This document shows, piece by piece, positions 29,001 through 37,329 of a stretch of 64,000 nucleotides of DNA. The number at the start of each line of letters is the position of its first letter. The stretch's first letter is position 1. The DNA lies in IMG/VR virus record IMGVR_UViG_3300042386_000659, positions 36,768 to 100,767 of that record; one strand, written 5' to 3'. Source of the DNA: a virus. Taxonomy: Duplodnaviria; Caudoviricetes. Position numbers and translations under genes: made by a program. The notes below the pieces were generated by a model that did no database searches, was not told where the DNA came from, and worked only from the letters and a program-made list of their open reading frames with translations.

Positions 29001-32000
29001 CCAAATCTAACGGATGGGTTTAACGCATTGACCGTAATAATATTATCGGAAATATTAACAATAGATGAACTGATATGTTGTATTGATGATGAACCGGCAA
29101 CAATTAAATCTTGGGAAACATATAACGATCCCGTAATAGTTTGACTACCTTGAAATATATTTGACCCAGTAGTTGCATAACTACCTGTTTTTGTTTCAAT
29201 TGAATCTACCCGATTTTTCGTACCCAATGTTGTTGTTGCAACTGAAGAAGACAAACTTCCTATGGACGAACTTAATCCTGATGTTGTGGTTGCAACGCTA
29301 GAACTTAAACTTGTTACTGTACTTGTTATTTCAGAAGTTGTTAACGCAACACTGGAACTTAATCCACTAGTTGTTGTTGCAATTGAAGAACTAAATGTAC
29401 TGTAACCAGTTGTTCCTGTTAGATTAACTTGTATAGAACCAGATAGAACACTTTCAGAGTTCATCTTGTCTTTTATCGTTGTACTAATAGAACTAGTAAA
29501 TGAATTCAATGAACCAGTACTCGTTTCAATTGAATCAACTCGATTTTTTAAATCGGATGTTGTAGTAGCAACTGACGAAGATAGACTTCCGATTGAACTA
29601 GATAAAGAGGAACTTAATCCTAATGTCGTTGTTGCAACTGAAGAAGATAAACTTCCTATACTAGAACTTAGTCCTGATGTTGTTGTTGCAACACTAGAAC
29701 TTAAACTTCCGATGCTAGAACTTAGTCCCGATGTTGTTGTTGCGACTGAAGAACTTAAAGAACCAATACTAGATGATAATCCACTTGTTGTGGTTGCAAC
29801 TGAAGAACTAAATGTATTATAACCAGTTGTTCCAGTTATATTAACTTGTATTGAACCAGAAATAACCGATTCACTATCTAATTTTGTTTTAATTGTAGTA
29901 TTAATAGAACTAGTAAATGAATTCAATGAACCAGTACTCGTTTCAATTGAATCAACTCGATTTTTTGTGCCTAATGTTGTTGTTGCAACACTTGAACTCA
30001 AAGAATTAACACTTGAACTTAAATCGGATGTTGTAGTTGCAATACTAGAACTTAAAGAACCGATGCTAGAAGATAAACCACTTGTTGTAGTTGCAACAGA
30101 ACCCGATAATAAACCTATACTTGTAGATATACTTGTAGATATACTTGTAGATATACTTGAACTGAATGTTGAATACCCTGTTGTTCCTGTTATTATAACT
30201 TGAACACTTCCAGTTATAACAGATTCCGTATTAAGTTTATTTTTAATTGTATTATCGATGGAACTAGTAAATGAATTCAAACTACTCGTTGCAGACTCGA
30301 TTGATGTTAACCGACTATTTTGTGTTGAGTTGGTTGAATCGTTTGAACTTGTATATGATTGAAATGTTGTTTCATCCAATTTTCCTGTTCCAATTGCTTG
30401 ACCATTCAATGTAATTGAACCTGTGATATCAACGGAACCGGTTACCACTAAGGACCCACTTGTTCTTTGAATATTTGTAAAGTTGTTTGACCCGGTTGTG
30501 GCAAGTGCAGTTGTATCTACGTTAATGAGACCAATACTAGATTGACCATGTAGAAAATCCGAATACACTGTTATAGCATTACCCATCCCAACGTGATGGT
30601 CGCAGTAATAATAGAGTGTTGCAGCAGTAGCATCGGTAACCTCAACTTCAATATAGAAAGGGTCAGCATTAGTTGTTACACCGGTGGTATATTCCGTACC
30701 TCCATTGTGTCTCCCGTTGTCAATTAAAGAGAAACGTAATGGATGCTGCCCTATGTTATTATAATAAAATCTATATTTGAACCCCCTAATGAAGGACAAC
30801 CTTGGGTTCTTAACTCCGTTGATGAAATATTTTCCACCTCCATCTGTTAAAGTGATATCAACAATGTTGTTACCACCCAATTCGACTTTGTTAAGTTTTA
30901 ATGTCCCCGTAATTTCGGTATTTGAGTTAACCCTTAGTCCGTTTGTATTTGAAATAGATGCTGTGGCTGCTCCATCGGCAATCCGTGTTAAATTAAGACC
31001 TGTAACCCCACTTGCAGGGATGTTAAATAAGTTTGTACCGTCACCTTTAAAAGACCCTGAGAATGAACCTGTATATGAACCACTAAAGGATTCTAAACTA
31101 CCTAATCTATTATTAATGGAACCACTTACAGTATTGTACGAAGAGGTAAAACTATTAAAATCTAATCTAATACTACTACTAGTACTTTCCAAAGAGGTTA
31201 ATCTACCTGACGCACTTGATGTAAAGGTATTTAAACTACCCGATGTACTCTCAATCGAATTTAATCTTGTGTTTTGATTACCGTCGGTAGTTGCAATTGA
31301 AGAACTAAATGCGATTAAATTTATACCGTTTATTGTTCCCGCAAGAGGCATCACTATTCTATTATGAACAAATAAATTTGATGCTGATACTGCAGCTAAA
31401 AAATTAGGATTAATATTTCCTTGACTAATTGTTGCTTTTTGTATATTTGTTAAACCTGCAGTTTTTAATAATGAAATGTCACCACTGCTTCTATCAACCG
31501 TAATTCTACCTTGCTCAGTACCATCTGGATTGTGGAATCTAATGGAACCAGTTGAAATATATAAATCTCTAAAAGAATTTGTTTCCGAGCCCAAATCATA
31601 TAAAAAATTACCGTTTGGAATTATAGAGCCCGTTATAGAAAGTGTACCACTAATGCTTTGATTACCATAGATGTTAACAGAACCAGTAAATGAATGAGTA
31701 TCATCAACCGTGTCTCCAAATTTAGTACTACCACTTTCGTAAAGTACTGAAGACGTAACAATACTCGTATGTATTTCTTTTGCGGTTAATGTACCATCAA
31801 TATAGGCATCTCCATTTACTCTAAAAGTACCATCACTTAAAACTGAGGCACTTGCAGAACCGTTTACTATTTTATTTAACTCTAATCCTGTTACTCCACT
31901 TGCGGGTATGTTATATAAATTAGAACCATCTCCCTTGAATGATCCGGTAAATGAACCTGTGTTGTAAGAGGAGGTAAATGTGTTGAAACTAGAGGTTAAA

Positions 32001-32170
32001 CTATATTTTGGAGCGAAAGAAGCGGTGTCAGCGTTGGTTGTGCTTCCCGAAACGCTACCATTAATGATGCCGAGTACATTTAAGTTACCCGAAACGAGTA
32101 AATTATTAGAAATTTCGGCTGAGGAGGATACTGATAAACTCCCCGATATGTGTGCGTCAAATATTTTCAT
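26069..32170 (-). CDS. Long tail-fibre-like protein (2033 aa) with Ser/Thr-rich repeats and a cupredoxin-like domain
   Basis: Gly/Ser/Thr-rich; GTITTGVWNGT and GGTGATTAATARTNLGL repeats typical of phage fibres; terminal VTHSLGTKDV domain. Confidence 0.8.
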   Translation of the reverse strand: MKIFDAHISGSLSVSSSAEISNNLLVSGNLNVLGIINGSVSGSTTNADTASFAPKYSLTSSFNTFTSSYNTGSFTGSFKGDGSNLYNIPASGVTGLELNKIVNGSASASVLSDGTFRVNGDAYIDGTLTAKEIHTSIVTSSVLYESGSTKFGDTVDDTHSFTGSVNIYGNQSISGTLSITGSIIPNGNFLYDLGSETNSFRDLYISTGSIRFHNPDGTEQGRITVDRSSGDISLLKTAGLTNIQKATISQGNINPNFLAAVSASNLFVHNRIVMPLAGTINGINLIAFSSSIATTDGNQNTRLNSIESTSGSLNTFTSSASGRLTSLESTSSSIRLDFNSFTSSYNTVSGSINNRLGSLESFSGSYTGSFSGSFKGDGTNLFNIPASGVTGLNLTRIADGAATASISNTNGLRVNSNTEITGTLKLNKVELGGNNIVDITLTDGGGKYFINGVKNPRLSFIRGFKYRFYYNNIGQHPLRFSLIDNGRHNGGTEYTTGVTTNADPFYIEVEVTDATAATLYYYCDHHVGMGNAITVYSDFLHGQSSIGLINVDTTALATTGSNNFTNIQRTSGSLVVTGSVDITGSITLNGQAIGTGKLDETTFQSYTSSNDSTNSTQNSRLTSIESATSSLNSFTSSIDNTIKNKLNTESVITGSVQVIITGTTGYSTFSSSISTSISTSISTSIGLLSGSVATTTSGLSSSIGSLSSSIATTTSDLSSSVNSLSSSVATTTLGTKNRVDSIETSTGSLNSFTSSINTTIKTKLDSESVISGSIQVNITGTTGYNTFSSSVATTTSGLSSSIGSLSSSVATTTSGLSSSIGSLSSSVATTTSGLSSSIGSLSSSVATTTLGLSSSLSSSIGSLSSSVATTTSDLKNRVDSIETSTGSLNSFTSSISTTIKDKMNSESVLSGSIQVNLTGTTGYSTFSSSIATTTSGLSSSVALTTSEITSTVTSLSSSVATTTSGLSSSIGSLSSSVATTTLGTKNRVDSIETKTGSYATTGSNIFQGSQTITGSLYVSQDLIVAGSSSIQHISSSIVNISDNIITVNALNPSVRFGGLAVIDSGSSPQVSGSILFDSINNQWLFVHQNQASVTSSVLLMGPETYDNLGNESYITQNRLVKSTGIEHLSDSNITDTGTLVSINSNTEITGTLNVTGNIINPNITAIQSSTGSLNTFTSSLLSAIELTGSNLTVRGNLLVKGTTTNVNTSTLDVDNNLINLNGAGAANAGLRIKDTTGVSQLSGSLLWDGTNDYWIAGQLGSEQRLVRETEFNNAVTRIGNVESSTGSLNSFTSSINTTIKSKLNSDGVLSGSVQVNHNATTNYVANQHIDHTTVSITAGSGLTGGGDISSTRTINVGAGNGITVNADDIAIDTSSATFTTGVKSKLNADGVVSGSSQIDGSQLGLNKTITIGSTSTTLGGTSTSLVGLVSVTSTAFTGSLQGNATNITATSNTSLTSLSNLNTIGTITGGTWNGTAIGDAYISSATNWNTAYNKRISTLGFTSSTVTITLADATTVTASVPTFNQNTTGTAANITASSNTSLTSLANLATVGTITTGVWNGTAIANAYLANSSFNIGTTSISLGRASASQTLTGVSIDGNATSETLSTVTTRGASTSNAITINFSTGGLNLNRPSTSNYVGIYYQTGASSRWFIGLRENLTSNNYICYSESLGADVLTLNQTTGVATFAYNMTAANFSGTHSGTSSGTNTGDETLARVNALAITTVGTITSGTWNGTTIAIANGGTGATTAATARTNLGLAIGTDVLAYRTFGTAANSATGDFAPAAGSTSVTTLGTISTGTWNGSSISTTYTAAKVTAVNQGTGVSVDTTTGSVTVSIGQAVATSSNVTFARVTTPRIAFERNANTAHGLSWYSFGTYTAWCDYMANGGATSTGPTGNITASTGTYVTSWARRFFVEDANTYGWIFEKGGTTSTSPTVVAELRSSDGLFSTAGAIYSAGSLVKTSANSSYSTTFSSVSSVTVTHSLGTKDVAVFVYDSSDNMFWPSSIVTTSTSVVTITFASSRSGRVVVVR
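29200..30160 (-). repeat. Coding tandem repeats within the tail fibre (18-aa SSSVATTTSGLSSSIGSL units; 12-bp atacttgtagat x3)
   Basis: Degenerate 54-bp units; longer TGSLNSFTSSIxTTIK..SGSxQV block recurs near 30290, 29940, 29520 and 28320. Confidence 0.85.
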
Positions 32171-32226
32171 CTAAATATGGTATTATACTTAGATAAATAC
32201 TCTGACCTTCGGTTATAGTAATCGAA

Positions 32227-33036
32227 TTAAATTAAACTTTTTGGGGGTTGTGTTAATCCCGATGGTAGGTATTCGTTGAAGTTTTTATATATATGGTTGA
32301 ATAATTTAGTTGCATACTCTTTATTGTGTTTTGGACCTGGGTGTACATTATCAACTCCAAAATCTAAAAATGGGTGGTAGTAATCACCATCAAATCTATT
32401 AAATTCTTCATACTCTTTTGGTATTCTAACATTACCATTCCATAACCAATTACATTTCTTTGATTCTAAAAAATATTTTATTAATAAATGATTTTTATAC
32501 CAATTTATAAAATCCTCATTATCATTTTGTAAATAAGTTAAATATTCTTGTGTTTTAATACCGTCATCCGTTTGTTTTAAATAACCCCAAGAAACCGTCG
32601 TCATAAAAGGTTCAATTCCTCCGTCTTTAGTGTAAATTTCTCTTCTTAAAGGTGATGGATACATTATTAGTATTAAATCAGGTTTTATCACATCATAATA
32701 TGTTAATAAACATCTAACAATAAAATCATTACTTCTACCCCCTGTACCAAAATTAAAATCAACTCCGTTTGGTATCAACGATGTAAATCGCGCCGGCCAA
32801 GTTTCATTACCATTAACTGCAACACCTTCGGTATTTGAACACCCAAATGACATAACTTTAAACCCTTCTTTTTTAATACTATCACCTCTAAATCCTAATT
32901 CATTATAGGTATACACACATAAACCGGTATTATCACTTCCGGATGTTCTATATGTCTTCCCTTTTCTTTCATCTAATTTAAATTGGAACGACGATAACTC
33001 AAAAGTTTCAGGTTTCCAATATTCTAATGGGTTCAT
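32227..33036 (-). CDS. SGNH/GDSL-hydrolase-like protein
   Basis: FGCSNTEG, NFGTGGRSND, DNVHPG blocks; ends KSLI. Confidence 0.6.
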   Translation of the reverse strand: MNPLEYWKPETFELSSFQFKLDERKGKTYRTSGSDNTGLCVYTYNELGFRGDSIKKEGFKVMSFGCSNTEGVAVNGNETWPARFTSLIPNGVDFNFGTGGRSNDFIVRCLLTYYDVIKPDLILIMYPSPLRREIYTKDGGIEPFMTTVSWGYLKQTDDGIKTQEYLTYLQNDNEDFINWYKNHLLIKYFLESKKCNWLWNGNVRIPKEYEEFNRFDGDYYHPFLDFGVDNVHPGPKHNKEYATKLFNHIYKNFNEYLPSGLTQPPKSLI

Positions 33037-33042
33037 ATTAAT

Positions 33043-33585
33043 TTATAAAAGTTTTCGTTTTGTTTTACCCCTATCCCTTAATCTATTTGTATTATCTAAT
33101 AGGTGTTCATACTTTGTACTTGTTATGCCTATGTAATCCTTTATTCTTTGTATGTCCTCTTTTGTATTGTATATCCTCTCGTATGTAACTCTTAATTGGA
33201 TTTCGTTTATTCCATTAATCAAATCGTTTCGTTTGTTAACCCACTCTTCAAAATGATTTATGTCTATTTCGTTTTCTTTTATCCACTCATTACTAACTTC
33301 ATATCCACCTCTCCATTCGTTTGTTTGTACCGCTTTGGTTTGGGATATTGCACATTCCCTTACATCCATTCGTGTTAATCCAATTATCTTGTCCCAATTG
33401 GTAAAATCGATATCCATTCTATTTTCTATTTCATTTATCAAATACTTCACTACGATATTGTCCCCCTCTACTGATTGATTTGTTCTTATTGGTTCATGTA
33501 TCATTTTATATCCTAGCTCCAATGCCAACCATTCATTCAATTGATATCCGCCACTCCTTGATAAAGCAATAGTTAATATTCTCAT
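33043..33585 (-). CDS. Sulfotransferase-like protein
   Basis: N-terminal ALSRSGG (5'-PSB-like loop), HEP, TYE; ends KRKLL. Confidence 0.55.
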   Translation of the reverse strand: MRILTIALSRSGGYQLNEWLALELGYKMIHEPIRTNQSVEGDNIVVKYLINEIENRMDIDFTNWDKIIGLTRMDVRECAISQTKAVQTNEWRGGYEVSNEWIKENEIDINHFEEWVNKRNDLINGINEIQLRVTYERIYNTKEDIQRIKDYIGITSTKYEHLLDNTNRLRDRGKTKRKLL

Positions 33586-34631
33586 ATTAATGTTTTATTT
33601 GTGTTATTTATGAACTCATATAAATTATGGAATAGGTTTTGATTTTTCCATATTTTATTAAATTCTTTTTTAAACAACTGATGTTCTGGATGTTCCGCAT
33701 CCCATACCTGTTTTAATTTGAATTCACCTTCAGAAAATGTTCCCCAATTAGTTATCTTACCAAAAAACACATTTACTTTCTTACCAAAAATAGAGTACAT
33801 TAAATTATAAAATGTTTCCATTTCCATATAGTTACTATCTTGTACAACAAAAGAAGTTTTTACATTTATCGGTAACGTACTTATGAATTTTAAATTATCT
33901 ATTAGATTATCCCATTTACCACCTATTCTCGTTTTATTTTCGTAAGTGTCTTTTGTTCCGGCATCTATACTGATTTCACAGGTGTGAACGTATTTGTGTA
34001 CGTTTGGCATACTATCCCACATTTCTTTATTCCACATTGATGCGTTAGTATGTAAGTGTATTGATTTTAAGTTTGGATATTTTTTGGGGTTAAAGTTTCT
34101 AAGATAGTTCCTAAACCCAACCGAAACAAAGGGGTCTCCCGATCCTGTAATGTATAAAGTCTTAACGTGTTGTGAAAAGTAATTATCAATCTCCTCAATT
34201 GTTTTTTCAACTCGTTTTATACCTTCACTATTTTCAACAATTAAATCAACTCTACATGAAGGACATTTGTAGTTACAAGTTCTATCAAAATTCATCACCA
34301 AATAATTGGGTGTATTATTTTCTACAATCGGAGTATTAATGTTTGAATCTGATTTTAAAGTAACGGGTCCTGATGTTACCCCATAGTTTACCAATTTACT
34401 TAAATAAGGACAAAGTTCTTTACTACAATACTTAAATGAACCATCTAATATAGAATTTCTAATATCAATAATTGGTTCACTATTAAAAACATCTTTTAAT
34501 GGGATTTCACTAAGTTCTACTTTATTGGGTAGCCAAGATGGGCAACAAGTAAAGCAGACATTATTATGTATTTCTAATGAATTAAAGGGAACACTACAAA
34601 AATAATTCTTTAAATCTATTTTAGATTTCAT
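33582..34631 (-). CDS. Radical SAM protein with N-terminal SPASM/twitch-like Cys cluster
   Basis: CNYKCPSC, GSGDPF; N-terminal CSVPF...CC...CSKELCP; ends KTLI. Confidence 0.85.
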   Translation of the reverse strand: MKSKIDLKNYFCSVPFNSLEIHNNVCFTCCPSWLPNKVELSEIPLKDVFNSEPIIDIRNSILDGSFKYCSKELCPYLSKLVNYGVTSGPVTLKSDSNINTPIVENNTPNYLVMNFDRTCNYKCPSCRVDLIVENSEGIKRVEKTIEEIDNYFSQHVKTLYITGSGDPFVSVGFRNYLRNFNPKKYPNLKSIHLHTNASMWNKEMWDSMPNVHKYVHTCEISIDAGTKDTYENKTRIGGKWDNLIDNLKFISTLPINVKTSFVVQDSNYMEMETFYNLMYSIFGKKVNVFFGKITNWGTFSEGEFKLKQVWDAEHPEHQLFKKEFNKIWKNQNLFHNLYEFINNTNKTLI

Positions 34632-34673
34632 TTTATAACAATTTAACTAATGAAATCAAATACTTAGTAGATA

Positions 34674-34823
34674 TTATTCTCCTAAATGTTTAACTTTAAT
34701 TGCAGATACGACCGCCTCAAACGCTGCGGCTGTTTTTGTTTTTAAATCATTAGATAATGGACCAGTAATTACTTTAACTACCTGTGCGGGTCTTTGTATT
34801 TTTATTTTTTCTACTTTTGCCAT
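34674..34823 (-). CDS. Small 49-aa protein (MAKVEKIKIQRPAQVVKVITGPLSNDLKTKTAAAFEAVVSAIKVKHLGE), not in ORF track
   Basis: Read directly; fills the gap between the Hint fusion and the radical SAM gene; A-rich leader. Confidence 0.65.
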   Translation of the reverse strand: MAKVEKIKIQRPAQVVKVITGPLSNDLKTKTAAAFEAVVSAIKVKHLGE

Positions 34824-34874
34824 GATTTTATTTTTATTTGAATTATTTATACTTTTGAGTTAGAACTATATAGT

Positions 34875-36350
34875 TTATTTTTCACCAAAACAGGTTGGAC
34901 AATAACTGGAGTAGCACCAGTTACCACAGTAACTCCAGCTACACCAACAAGAGTTGTGCATTACACTAAACTCACTATCTCCAACATCCACTAAGAATAA
35001 ATCTGATGGCGCAAAATCTAAAGTATATATTGTTTTAGTTTCGTATACCATCTCTAAATTAGAAATCGCTACCGCCGTTAATTCGGTTGTATTAGAATCT
35101 GTAACAACTATTTTATCACCAATATAACAATTATTTATTACCTCCCATCTGGTTTCGGTAGAGTCTTTTTCTTCAATAAAAAAAGTAGAATTTGGAGCTT
35201 CTGTCCAAGTTCGCCCATCTGTTAAAGTTACCTTTATCATCACCATTTCTACTGATGTTGATACCATACCTATTAATTCAGATTGCATTGGTGTTAACGT
35301 ATTGTTTAATTGTGATAGTGTACCAGTCCATCCATATGTGGCTATATTATTTGTAAATGAAGCCGCTTCATTTTCATTAGTATCGGTAAAATTAATAGAA
35401 CGAATAAAATCACCTAATTGAATAGTATCAACATCTGCCAAAGTACCATCGTATTTTAAAATATTTGAATCGTCGTCTGTATGGTAGTCGTTTCCTTCTA
35501 CTCGATTCCTAATAGATTTTGTAATATATTTATGTCTAGTTTTTTGATTAAACTTTCTAGTGTCAGAAATAAATTCATCCTCACTAAATGTAAGTGGTAA
35601 TCTAGTAGAATGGGTATACCCACCCATATTAATTATGTCTAAATTAGGACCATATATAATATCAATACTTCTTATTGTTGAATATCTTCCATCCACCACA
35701 TTATCCTCAGAAAATATAAATTCTTGAACTAAATGCCCACCTTCAACGGAACCAATAATTTCAGATAGTTGATTTGAATCGGTAACATTATATATTGCTG
35801 GATATGTCATAACATCATACGAAGCCTGTTTTGATTTTATCAAAAGATTTGGTTTGGTTGTGGTATAATCTACTTCATCTAAAGTATTTAAATTTAATTC
35901 TTCAGATGTAAAATATGTTTTTGGGGTATATGTAGATCCACTCATTAAATTAAAAAACTCAAATTTGTCAGCACAATATAAATCATCCACTAATGCTGTG
36001 GTATCAAATGCTTGTCTTAAAATAAATTTATGAGACGCGTCTTCTACATAGGGTACCGTAACTGAATTGGCCGGTACAATGTGTTCGTTAAAAGATATAT
36101 TGTTTTCTGAACATTTAGTTTGTAATATATTACGAAATATATGTGGTTGATCTAAAGGTAAATACGCCTTTCCTTCAGTCCATATATAATGAAATTCTGT
36201 AATATTATTATCCATTAACACACTGAATAACGCCGTATAATCCAATAAGTTTGCACCATCGTTGGAGATACAGGTGTTAGTGTTTATTTCTATAATTTTA
36301 ACTGAACCATCTTTTTGTAGTAAATCACTACCAATTATCGTTGCTTTCAT
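34875..36350 (-). CDS. Circularly permuted ATP-grasp-like domain + Hint domain + Cys/Trp/Tyr-rich C-terminal peptide
   Basis: N-terminal GSD...IIEINTN, later LIKSK and VQEFI; Hint-like ILKYDGT..V..IQLGDFI...IYTLDF...VMHN; tail SCWCSWSYCGNWCYSSYCPTCFGEK. Confidence 0.7.
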   Translation of the reverse strand: MKATIIGSDLLQKDGSVKIIEINTNTCISNDGANLLDYTALFSVLMDNNITEFHYIWTEGKAYLPLDQPHIFRNILQTKCSENNISFNEHIVPANSVTVPYVEDASHKFILRQAFDTTALVDDLYCADKFEFFNLMSGSTYTPKTYFTSEELNLNTLDEVDYTTTKPNLLIKSKQASYDVMTYPAIYNVTDSNQLSEIIGSVEGGHLVQEFIFSEDNVVDGRYSTIRSIDIIYGPNLDIINMGGYTHSTRLPLTFSEDEFISDTRKFNQKTRHKYITKSIRNRVEGNDYHTDDDSNILKYDGTLADVDTIQLGDFIRSINFTDTNENEAASFTNNIATYGWTGTLSQLNNTLTPMQSELIGMVSTSVEMVMIKVTLTDGRTWTEAPNSTFFIEEKDSTETRWEVINNCYIGDKIVVTDSNTTELTAVAISNLEMVYETKTIYTLDFAPSDLFLVDVGDSEFSVMHNSCWCSWSYCGNWCYSSYCPTCFGEK

Positions 36351-36404
36351 AATTTCTATTCCCTTTATATATAAATAGGTGAATTAATAATTTTAATCAA
36401 AATA

Positions 36405-36707
36405 TCACATTAATGTCTTATTTTTTTTATCTTCTGTTGGGGTTATATAACCAAAATCGGTATTTTCCCATTTTTTTGCTGGACAGGCGTTGTAGTATGT
36501 TGAGAACACTTTTTTATTTAAGGGGCATCCGCACATATTACACAAAGCACTCCATTTTAACCCCTTTATTGTTTCCTTTCTAAATTCACACCCTAAACAT
36601 ACTTCGAGTCTTAATTTGGCCAATTCCACCTGATTTGGTGTTGGATTAATCGAAATTATCCAAGCATCAAATATTTCTTTATAATTAATTGTGGGTATTT
36701 TAATCAT
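36405..36707 (-). CDS. Small Cys-rich metal-binding protein
   Basis: RLEVCLGC...CNMCGC...CPAKKW; ends KTLM. Confidence 0.7.
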   Translation of the reverse strand: MIKIPTINYKEIFDAWIISINPTPNQVELAKLRLEVCLGCEFRKETIKGLKWSALCNMCGCPLNKKVFSTYYNACPAKKWENTDFGYITPTEDKKNKTLM

Positions 36708-36708
36708 T

Positions 36709-37329
36709 TTATATCAATGTGTTTCGTGAGTTTTTTATCTTTGCAACAAAATTAAAATTTATAATAAACCTATCTCCATTTGATGGGTAATTTCCAAGAT
36801 GAGCTAATTTTCCATCAAATACAAGACATCTACCCATTTTAGGAGATGCGCTAGCCAATAGTGAGTATGAGTCATAATCTACATTATTAAAATTTTCTTG
36901 AAATGTTTCAGCGTTATTTCCATTAATATTATTATAAATACAGGTATCTCCGGTTGAGTTGTTAATATAATAAACCATAGCAATGTGTTCGGTAGCATCA
37001 TCGTAATGTAGTAAATCCATAGGATCATACTCACCAATTGGTGCGGTCCAATTAATTTTCCATCTATAGTTTTTAATAAATTCTAAATTTAATTTTTTTG
37101 CAACATTCAATTCTATACTATCAATTATGCGGTTAATTTCTTCGTCTTTACATTTGGGTTTTGGATGAACTTTTGCTGGGAAATCGCGTGTTTCTTTTTT
37201 ACCACCATATTCACCAGTAATATTTTTCATTGATACCCATTCTATATTAGAACGATTTACATAATCGTTTATAATTTTTTGTTCTTCAGTTGATATTACG
37301 TCATCAAATATATAGTAATTTTTTATCAT
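36709..37329 (-). CDS. 2OG-Fe(II) oxygenase
   Basis: LHYD (HxD), VYYINNSTGDT, FDGKLAH, RFIINFN; ends NTLI. Confidence 0.75.
   Translation of the reverse strand: MIKNYYIFDDVISTEEQKIINDYVNRSNIEWVSMKNITGEYGGKKETRDFPAKVHPKPKCKDEEINRIIDSIELNVAKKLNLEFIKNYRWKINWTAPIGEYDPMDLLHYDDATEHIAMVYYINNSTGDTCIYNNINGNNAETFQENFNNVDYDSYSLLASASPKMGRCLVFDGKLAHLGNYPSNGDRFIINFNFVAKIKNSRNTLI

Noticed and set aside
29200-30160. Possible CRISPR array or non-coding repeat
   Set aside because: Repeats are in-frame, degenerate at third positions and lack unique spacers; no cas genes
26725-32174. Numerous plus-strand ORFs (Val/Leu/Pro/Glu-rich) opposite the tail fibre
   Set aside because: Antisense shadows of Ser/Thr/Gly codon bias in the real minus-strand gene; the same applies to the other short antisense ORFs in the track
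34953-35486. Canonical splicing intein or homing element
   Set aside because: No N-terminal Cys/Ser nucleophile or block-B TxxH, no endonuclease motifs, and only 25 residues follow; fits C-terminal cleavage only
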